From an uncultured Nitrospiraceae bacterium (GTDB taxonomy: Bacteria > Nitrospirota > Thermodesulfovibrionia > Thermodesulfovibrionales > Dissulfurispiraceae), in contig CAVPIW010000014.1 of NCBI GenBank assembly GCA_963705105.1, positions 128,001 to 192,000 of the forward strand: 64,000 nucleotides of DNA. Direction: 5' to 3'. Within the stretch, counting starts at the first letter, position 1. The number at the start of each line of letters is the position of its first letter. The position numbers and the translations under genes were made by a program. Below the pieces are notes generated by a model. It ran no database searches, was not told the origin of the DNA, and worked only from the letters and a program-made list of their open reading frames with translations. Below, piece after piece: positions 56,421-64,000 of this stretch.

Positions 56421-58673
56421 GTGGACCTGAAAGGCATCATCGACACGATCGTCGAACTCGGCATGTGCCGGAAGTATCTCCGGATGTACCCGTCCGGTCA
56501 TGAGCAGGTAAAGCAGTCCGTCAGTCGGGCCCATCAGGTGCTCCAGCGCAGCATGGGCAGGCATCAGCAGCTCCGGATCGGTGTCATCGGAGAAACGTTC
56601 CTCCTCGGCACATATCTCTTCGACCCGAAGAATGCCCTTTGCCGGCAGCTCGCCCTGGCCCTGAAAAACCACGGGATCACGATGGTGACCTTTCTCAGGG
56701 GAGTGGGGCGGGACGACCTCCTGCAGTTCCTTCATCTTGTCGCGCGTGACGCCGACACGCTCTCTACCCAGGGGGGCATCGTCGCGGCGGCATCGAAAGC
56801 GGGCATCCGGAGGGTCCGTCTCAGCACCGTCGATTACAGCAAGTTCGCACTGACAGAGGAGCATTTGCCGGAAGAAGGAAAGGAGAGTCCCGGTGAGCAC
56901 TCTCTCTGGCAGGATTTTGTCGTCCACCTTTCCTGGGGAACCCTGGCGAAACCTGGTGAAGGGACCGATGCCGAACAGGCGGGACAGGTCCTTCCCTCGG
57001 CCCTCGCCAAGGCACTGAACGACAACCGCCTGGACGTTGCGACGGCGAGGCGGGTCTATGAGGAGACCCTCCAGTCCCATATGAATACCATCGGTCCGGG
57101 AGCCGTCAGCGCTCCTGTCTCCCGTGACATCGCCCAGCTCGACGTTCTCTTCAGGGAACTCAATCCGAAGCTCAAGGCCCAGTTCCTCGACATCACACTC
57201 GATTGTTGCGGCCTTCAGGCCGAGTCATCCCTTGCAGAGGCCCTCCTGAGCGGACTGTCTTACAGCCACGTCATCGAGATGATGAGACAGGCGAACGCGC
57301 AGGGAAAGGAGCTGTCTCCGAGCCTGATGCATCTTGTCCGCAAGGTTGCGAACATCCGGAACATGTCGAACCTGTGTGAGCCTCCTCCCGAGGACATCCC
57401 GGCGCTGAGCGCGGGATCGACCGTCGACGAGAACGGGTTAAAGAAACTGTTTGAGCCCGAGGAATACGAAAAATACGTACCCACCGACTATGACGCGCTG
57501 CTCGGAGACCTGAGCGAGAGTCAGGCATCCGGCGAAGGGGAGACGTCAGGGGAATTCGTCCTTGATGATTATCTCACATCTCTCGATGAGCCTGCGCTGA
57601 GCTGCCAGATCTCCCGCCTGCTTCTGGCCTTCATGTCCATGAACATCGGTGCCGGCGAGTATGGTGTGTATGCCGGCAAGCTCGTCGTTCTCGCGGAGAC
57701 CCTGCTGGATGCGGGCAAGTTCGACCTCCTTGCCGAGATCGTCGACAGCCTTGAGAGGGATGCGAGGCTGAATATCGATCCCGGGATCCGCTCTGTGGCA
57801 GCTGAGACGCGTGAACGGTTCCGGGACCCCCATTTCGCATCGCAGGCCGTCTCTTCTTTCCTCTACCAGGTTGCTGACGGCGACAGGGACGGGCAGGATT
57901 TCCTCATCGCCCTCGGTCCGGTCGTCGTTCCTGATGCCGTGAATTACTATGCCCGGCCGGAGCGCTCCGACGCCGAGCAGGCGGCTCTGTTGCCCGTCCT
58001 TGCGGCACATCGCCGGGAAGCGGCCATCGAGGCGCTTGACCGGATCCGTGATCCGAGACCCGAATTCGTCCGACACCTGCTGTCCCTCCTGCGGTTGCTC
58101 GATTACCGGGAAGCGGCACAGCAGCTGAGGACCTTTATCTCACATCCGAGCCTCGACGTCCGTATGGAGGCGCTTGAGACGCTGCTGGCCTTCCGGGATC
58201 CGATGGCGATCGTTTTCCTGAGAAGAGCGCTTCACTCCCCAAGAGCTGACGTCTCGTCAAAAGCAGTCTCTCTTTCGGGGAAATACAAGGTGGCTGACAT
58301 AGTTCCTGATCTCATTGAGATTATTAAGCCCCGCATTCTCTTTCCCTCCGATTTCAGCCGCTATGAGGAGGTGATCATCGCCCTCGGGCGAATCGGTGAT
58401 CCCCAGGCGATTCCTGTGCTCGAAAAGATAGCGAAGGCGACATGGACATTCGCCTCGGAACAGCTTGAGCAGCTGAAGGTCGTTTTGTTTAAGTCCCTCG
58501 ATGCCTATCCCTATGAGGACCTGGAGGACCTCCTGAACATCGGACTGCGCGCCCCTGATGAGCACATCCGCGCCGCCAGCCGGTGGGTTGTCATGTGCGG
58601 TCAGAGGCGGTCAGGAGCACAAGTGAGCGGGGAAACACCGGGGAAGCAACAGGAAAGGGACGGCGCGAGGTAG
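56421..58673 (+). CDS. HEAT-repeat protein
   Basis: C-terminal HEAT-like repeats (VRMEALETL, ALGRIGDPQAIPVL); N-terminal YPSGH domain. Confidence 0.75.
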   Translation: MDLKGIIDTIVELGMCRKYLRMYPSGHEQVKQSVSRAHQVLQRSMGRHQQLRIGVIGETFLLGTYLFDPKNALCRQLALALKNHGITMVTFLRGVGRDDLLQFLHLVARDADTLSTQGGIVAAASKAGIRRVRLSTVDYSKFALTEEHLPEEGKESPGEHSLWQDFVVHLSWGTLAKPGEGTDAEQAGQVLPSALAKALNDNRLDVATARRVYEETLQSHMNTIGPGAVSAPVSRDIAQLDVLFRELNPKLKAQFLDITLDCCGLQAESSLAEALLSGLSYSHVIEMMRQANAQGKELSPSLMHLVRKVANIRNMSNLCEPPPEDIPALSAGSTVDENGLKKLFEPEEYEKYVPTDYDALLGDLSESQASGEGETSGEFVLDDYLTSLDEPALSCQISRLLLAFMSMNIGAGEYGVYAGKLVVLAETLLDAGKFDLLAEIVDSLERDARLNIDPGIRSVAAETRERFRDPHFASQAVSSFLYQVADGDRDGQDFLIALGPVVVPDAVNYYARPERSDAEQAALLPVLAAHRREAAIEALDRIRDPRPEFVRHLLSLLRLLDYREAAQQLRTFISHPSLDVRMEALETLLAFRDPMAIVFLRRALHSPRADVSSKAVSLSGKYKVADIVPDLIEIIKPRILFPSDFSRYEEVIIALGRIGDPQAIPVLEKIAKATWTFASEQLEQLKVVLFKSLDAYPYEDLEDLLNIGLRAPDEHIRAASRWVVMCGQRRSGAQVSGETPGKQQERDGAR

Positions 58674-58675
58674 CG

Positions 58676-59818
58676 ATGGAAGAGTTGATCTACAAAGACG
58701 ACCTGCTCAGGCTGGTTGCATATATGACGACGGCAGTCAGAAGCATCCGGCAGTACTCGCCGGGTCATCCCCTCACACAGCGATCCCTGAACACGGCATG
58801 CCAGCACCTGGCGGACCTGATCCGGGCGCGGAGGGAAATCACCTGTCTCATTATTGACGACGATCTTGTCATCGACGGCCGGCCGCTCCGGTCGAACCCT
58901 TCAGCCGAACAATTCATGAAGCTCCTGAAGGAAAGGGACCTCCAGAGGATCACGTTCCTTAAAGGCATGAAGGAAGAAGATCTCTCATCACTCCTGTTCT
59001 GTCTCGCCACAGGTGCCGATGTGACGGGCAAGACCGGAGATGCCATCAAGATCGGCAAGGTCATTGTTCCTGTCGACCAGGACACAATTGAAAAAACCGA
59101 AGATGAAGGGACGGGCAGTGATCGCACGGAAACCATCATCCAGGCCAGAGATGCCATGATTGACGAACTCAAATGTCTGTATGCCGATGCGAAGCGCATG
59201 AAGAGGATCGACATGAGCCGGATCGACAGTATGATCAGGATATTCGCCGCCGGCATGGCGCGGGGGCTCAATCCCATTTCCCTCCTGATATCACTCAAGT
59301 CTGCCGATGAGTATACCTTTACGCACGTCATCAATGTCTGCATCCTCACTATGAGCCAGGCCGAAACCCTTGGATTCAAGGGGGATTATCTCTATAGCAT
59401 CGGCATCGCATCGCTCCTCCATGATGTGGGCAAGCTCTTCGTCCCTGATGAAATCATGAAAAAGCCGGGGGGACTCACGCAGGAAGAGCGCAGGATCGTC
59501 GAGACCCACACGATCAACGGCGCCCGGTACATCCTCCAGTTGAGCAACATTCCGAAACTGGCGGTCCTCGGCGCACTGGAACATCACATCAGGTTTGATG
59601 GAACGGGATATCCGCTGATGAAGCAGCGCTGGCAGCCGAATGTCGTGAGCCAGATGATCGCCGTCTCCGATGTTTTCGACGCCCTTCGGAGCCGGCGCTG
59701 CTACTCGGAACCGAAGCCGCAGGAATTGATCCTCAAGATCCTGAACGACGAGAAAGGGACGGCCTTCCATCCCCATATGGTGGATAATTTCCTCAGAATG
59801 ATATCCCGGCGTCAGTAA
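58676..59818 (+). CDS. HD-GYP domain phosphohydrolase
   Basis: DEYTFTH, HDVGK, HHIRFDGTGYP and DVFDALRS motifs. Confidence 0.9.
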   Translation: MEELIYKDDLLRLVAYMTTAVRSIRQYSPGHPLTQRSLNTACQHLADLIRARREITCLIIDDDLVIDGRPLRSNPSAEQFMKLLKERDLQRITFLKGMKEEDLSSLLFCLATGADVTGKTGDAIKIGKVIVPVDQDTIEKTEDEGTGSDRTETIIQARDAMIDELKCLYADAKRMKRIDMSRIDSMIRIFAAGMARGLNPISLLISLKSADEYTFTHVINVCILTMSQAETLGFKGDYLYSIGIASLLHDVGKLFVPDEIMKKPGGLTQEERRIVETHTINGARYILQLSNIPKLAVLGALEHHIRFDGTGYPLMKQRWQPNVVSQMIAVSDVFDALRSRRCYSEPKPQELILKILNDEKGTAFHPHMVDNFLRMISRRQ

Positions 59819-59880
59819 AGACAATTAAGTCATTGAGTAAAAAGGAAATTATTAACCCGGCACTTGAATACTTATAACAG

Positions 59881-59966
59881 CGTCATTGCCGCAACCCCGC
59901 ACTTGATGCAGGGGGGTCGGCAATCCTTCTGAAAATGGAAGGGATTCCGGACAAGCCGGAATGACA
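59881..59966. repeat. CGTC/TGTC-type REP-like palindromic doublet between convergent genes
   Basis: CGTCATTGCCG...CGGCAATC and GATTCCGGACAAGCCGGAATGACA hairpins. Confidence 0.55.
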
Positions 59967-60063
59967 GAGCGTAGGATGGTTCATCTGTTTGATTGCCATG
60001 GTAATAAGTTGACTGAGTTGAATACGTACACCATCGCCCCGCCTTTTCCTGCGACGGCAGGGG

Positions 60064-62101
60064 TTACTCTCCGGGTGAATCCGCCTCTTTCCTGTCGGGG
60101 ATTGTAAAGTAGAAGACCGTTCCCCTGTCCGGCCCGGGCTCCGCCCAGATGCGGCCGCCATGGCGTTCGACGATCTTCTTGCATGTGGCAAGGCCGATCC
60201 CCGTCCCGGGATATTTGTCCTTGTGGGCCCTGTGAAAGATGTCGAAAATATGTTCGCCCTGCTCCGAAGGGATACCTATGCCGTTGTCGCGGACCGAGAA
60301 GGTCCATTCGCCGTCTCCCCGTGCGGCGGAAATATGGACGCGGGGAGGATCGTCATCGACGAATTTTATGGCGTTGGCGACGAGATTCTGGAAGAGCTGC
60401 GCGAGCTGGACATCGTCCGCCTCGACTGCAGGGAGGGCGTCGCGGGTGATGACGGCACGGCTCTGCTCAATGGATATTTTCAGGTTGGAGAGGACGCGGT
60501 CCAGGACCTCGTCGCATGCCGTCTGCCGGAAGGGCTTCGCCTGGGTGCCCACGCGGGAGAAGGCGAGGAGCTCGCTGATGAGCGTCTGCATCTGGTTTGC
60601 CCGCTGCAGGGTGTCGGCGATCAGGTCTTTCGATTCCGCATCGGCCTGCCCGCGGAGCTGCCGTTCGATGAGTTTCAGGTCCATCGCCATGACGAGGAGA
60701 GGCTCCTTCAGGTCGTGGGAGGCGACATAGGCGAAATTCTCCAGGTCCGTATTCGACCGTTTCAGCTCCGCCACTGCCTTCTCCAGCTTTTCTTCGGCCT
60801 TCACGCGTTCGCCGATTTCGTCACGGAGGGCGCTGTTCGCGGCCTTCAGGTCTTCGGTGTACCGCGCGAGGTTGCGGGCCATCTCATTGAAGCTGGCGGC
60901 GACGAAGGTCATTTCGTCCTTTGAGTCGACAGAGACGTCGATGGCGAGGTCACCCTTGCCGATCCGGTCCGATGCATCGACGAGGGTGGAGAGGGCTTTT
61001 CGGACGGACAGGTAGTTTCCGATGAAAAGATAGAGCGGCACGCAGAGCGAAAGGAAGGCGAAGAGCGCGATGGCATTCCGCCGCAGCGCGAGGCGAGCCT
61101 GTCTCTCCTTCAGAAGGGTGCTGACCGCGTCCAGGAGCGCCTCGTGAAGTATGAAACCGGCGTTTATCGCGTCGGTGAAGACATTATAAAAATCGGCGGA
61201 ACCGATCGTCAGCGTCGGTGCCGACAGGATGTCCCGGTCGAGGATTTCCCTGGCCCTGCGGAATTTTCCTTCCGTCTCCCTGAAAGGAGCCGTCAACACG
61301 TTTGCGAAAGTCCGGCCTGACTCGATAGGCCTTTTCGAGGTTCCCCTTGACCTCTTCCAGTGATGACGTGCTCAGTCCCGTTAATATGGTCAGCTGAGCC
61401 CTCTCATGGATGGCGAGGCGTTTCGGGACGAGCGCGCCTGTCCCGATGCCCCTGATCTGCCCGGCATATTCGAGGGCCTGCGGAAGTTCGTGAAGGGCGG
61501 CGTCGACGAGATAGACCGTGTCGATGTGCGGATCGGTGGTCAGGCCCGAAATGTCGCCGATGTGCACGGCAAGGGACATGGTGCTCCTGATGAGTTCAGT
61601 GTGGCTGTTGAAGCTCTGCTTCTCGTTCATCGAAGGAAAATCAGCGATTAGATCTATCCAGCCGGTTCGCAAACGGGTCCATTCCTCACCGGTCCCCAGT
61701 TTTGCTCCAACGTTCCTGTCGAGGGAGTCGAGGGCGGAGATCTCTCTTTCGATACCCCGTTGCTTGTCGGCGATCTGTTCCCTCAGGGTGTCATCGCCGC
61801 TGAGGTAAGCCTTCGCCAGCGCGCGGTGCTGCTGGACGTTCTGCAGGAATTTCATCAGGGTCCCCGTGTACTCTATCCCCAGCCTCTGCCGCCCGGCGGC
61901 GGTCAGATCTTCGTTCGTCTCGGTCATGAAAAGGGCCATGAAAAGAGCCAGGGGGATTGCGACGACAAAGGCCATGAGGAGCATCTTCCGCGGGTAGCTC
62001 AGACGGTCCATGACGGTGACGGCCGGACGGAAGAGTGTCCCGGCTATACTCCCACCTATCACAGAGGGCTCCTTCCGATTGTTCTCTTTATCGTCAGTCA
62101 T
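60064..62101 (-). CDS. Membrane sensor histidine kinase with HAMP domain (apparent frameshift near 61283-61285)
   Basis: Two TM helices around a helical periplasmic sensor, HAMP, ASHDLKEPL, NAIKF, DNGIG and GTGIGL motifs. The two ORFs join if one base is removed. Confidence 0.85.
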
Positions 62102-62106
62102 CAGCG

Positions 62107-63499
62107 CTACCCGACAACGTCGAGGCTTCTCACACGGAGAGGCACGCCGAGGTCTTCGGTGATCCTGCGACATGCCGCAACATCGACACCGTCAGCATCG
62201 ACGACCGTCGCCTGGACGTCCGGTATATACGTCTTTCGCTTCCCTGATGAAGCGCAGGACCTCATCATAGGCGCCCGTGAAAGAGGGTTTGCAGATGCGG
62301 TCGTACGTTTCGGCGTCCTGCGCGTTCAAGCTTACCGAGACGGCGTCGACGAGCCCCTGCAGCTCGGGCAGGATATTGCGCTTATGGATGACCGCTCCGT
62401 GACCGTTCGTGTTGATCCTCACGGCGCCGCCCCGGTTCTTGACCCACGCAGCGACCTCTTTCACCGTTTCGAGCCGCAGCAGGGGTTCGCCGAGTCCGCA
62501 GAAGACCACCTGGCGGTACCGTCCCGGGTCCCCGACGGCGGCCTTGAGCTCATCGGCGCTCGGGTCCCTCCTCAACCGGAGATTGTGTCCCTTGACATAG
62601 TCACTGTAAAACCTCACGCAGAATCCGCAGGCGTTCGTGCACCGGTTCGTCACGTTTAAATAGAGGGAATCCCTGATTTGATAGGCGATTTCGCTCTCCG
62701 GCATTCCGCCGATACCGAAGAGGTTTTTTGCGTTAAGGGTAGTGATCCTGTCAAGGTCGTCGGGTGATATCCCTCTCAGCTCCGCGATGCGGCGGGCGGT
62801 GTGAACGATATAGGCCGGTTCATTCCGCTTTCCCCTCAGCGGGTCGGGGGTGAGATAGGGTGCGTCCGTCTCGATGAGGAGAAAGTCGTCGGGGATCATT
62901 TTCACCAGGTCCCTGAGCCGGGAGGCATTCTTATACGTCACAGGCCCCGCGATGGAAATGAGGAGGCCCCTGTCCATCAGCCTCTTCGCCATATCAGGGT
63001 CCCCGGAGTAACAGTGCATGACTCCCCTGGTGACGCCGGACTGCTCCACAATGGCGAGGGTGTCCTCACGGGCCTCCCTGCTGTGGATCACCACGGCCAG
63101 GCCGGTCTCCACCGCGTAGGCGAGCTGTCGTGCGAAGACCTCCCGCTGGACTTCCCGCGGCGAGTGATCATAATGATAGTCGAGGCCGATCTCTCCGAGG
63201 GCGACGACTTTCGGTGGAGGCCCGGCGTCTTCCGTGCAGCCGGCGTCGTTTCCCGTCGTCCACTCCCTGATCTGCCTGAAGATGTCGTCATTGAAGTCCT
63301 TTGCATCGTGGGGGTGGATGCCGACGGCGGCGTACACAAAATCGTAGCGGCGCGATAATTCGACGGCGCCCCGGCATCCCTCAAAATCCGATCCGATGGT
63401 TATGACGGCCTCCAGTCCGGCCTCGCGGGCCCTCCTGATCACATCGTCACGGTCCCTGTCAAAGGCCTCCATCTCAAGGTGGCAGTGTGAATCGATCAT
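62107..63499 (-). CDS. tatD: TatD family DNase fused to a radical SAM domain (apparent frameshift near 62234-62236)
   Basis: DSHCH, GIHPH, GEIGLDY, ETDAP motifs; CTNACGFC CxxxCxxC. The natural C-terminus is in a shifted frame ending at TAG 62107-62109. Confidence 0.88.
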
Positions 63500-63540
63500 G
63501 CCTCTTTCCTTAACCTCAACCTCATCAACGCCCTGCGATT

Positions 63541-64000
63541 CTAAGCCCGCCACCGGGCGATGTAGGCATCGACGTTGAATTTCGAGCGGCATCCGCCGTC
63601 ACTCATGTATCTCACCTTTCCGAAGACGGGTCGCCTCGGCCAGGCCCTGTCATGGACGCCCCCTATGCTCCAGGCAATCCCCGCATACCCGTTGGGGTCC
63701 CTGCCGTCGAGCTCATACCGGTCGTTGAGACGGATGGCAATGTCCATCGCCTGCTCTGGCGACGCGGTCCACTGAAGAATCTTTTTCGCCCAGTACATCC
63801 GCATGTACCCGTGCATCTTTCCGCGTCGCACCATCTCCCTCTGGGCCGCGTTCCAGAGCTCATCGTGCGTGGCTGCCGCTTCGAACTGCTCCGCCGAATA
63901 GATGTATTCCCTCTGCGTATGGCGTTCCCCGTCGAGGCTCTTCCGCGCCCATTCGGGGAATCCTTCGAAAGAATCGTAGTGCGCGTTATAGAAACAGAAG
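63541..64000 (-). CDS. Class II CPD DNA photolyase (5' end outside the window)
   Basis: [28 protein letters not shown] and FGKVRYM motifs. Confidence 0.92.
   Translation of the reverse strand, partial: FCFYNAHYDSFEGFPEWARKSLDGERHTQREYIYSAEQFEAAATHDELWNAAQREMVRRGKMHGYMRMYWAKKILQWTASPEQAMDIAIRLNDRYELDGRDPNGYAGIAWSIGGVHDRAWPRRPVFGKVRYMSDGGCRSKFNVDAYIARWRA

Overview
Origin-proximal chromosomal window from a moderately GC-rich bacterium. Gene content suggests a Nitrospirota/Desulfobacterota-like anaerobe, but this is inference only. Housekeeping genes: serA (partial), purA, gyrB-dnaN-dnaA with a probable oriC and two parS sites, prfB with its +1 programmed frameshift, lnt, kdsB, pyrG, citrate synthase, a TatD/radical-SAM fusion and a class II photolyase (partial). 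It also has a thiolase/acyl-CoA dehydrogenase/3-hydroxyacyl-CoA dehydrogenase/crotonase operon and several signalling modules: LysM-FecR plus CHASE2-HD-GYP; CHASE2 adenylate cyclase plus SH3, M48 and MBL; HEAT plus HD-GYP; and a HAMP kinase. The most notable unexplained features are three. (1) About 14 copies of a modular, palindromic, MITE-like intergenic element (family A) with conserved termini, interchangeable interiors, compensatory stem changes and nesting with three other palindrome families. No transposase is present in the window. (2) A probable exported selenoprotein (in-frame TGA in an MM-U-G-C-P motif followed by a SECIS-like hairpin) that the ORF track splits in two. (3) A 27-aa hydrophobic peptide gene with a sigma54 promoter, IHF-like site and palindromic enhancer, flanked by ~360-bp near-identical direct repeats. 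Five genes carry single-base frameshifts that are probably assembly errors. No rRNA, tRNA, CRISPR array, integrase or prophage was recognised.
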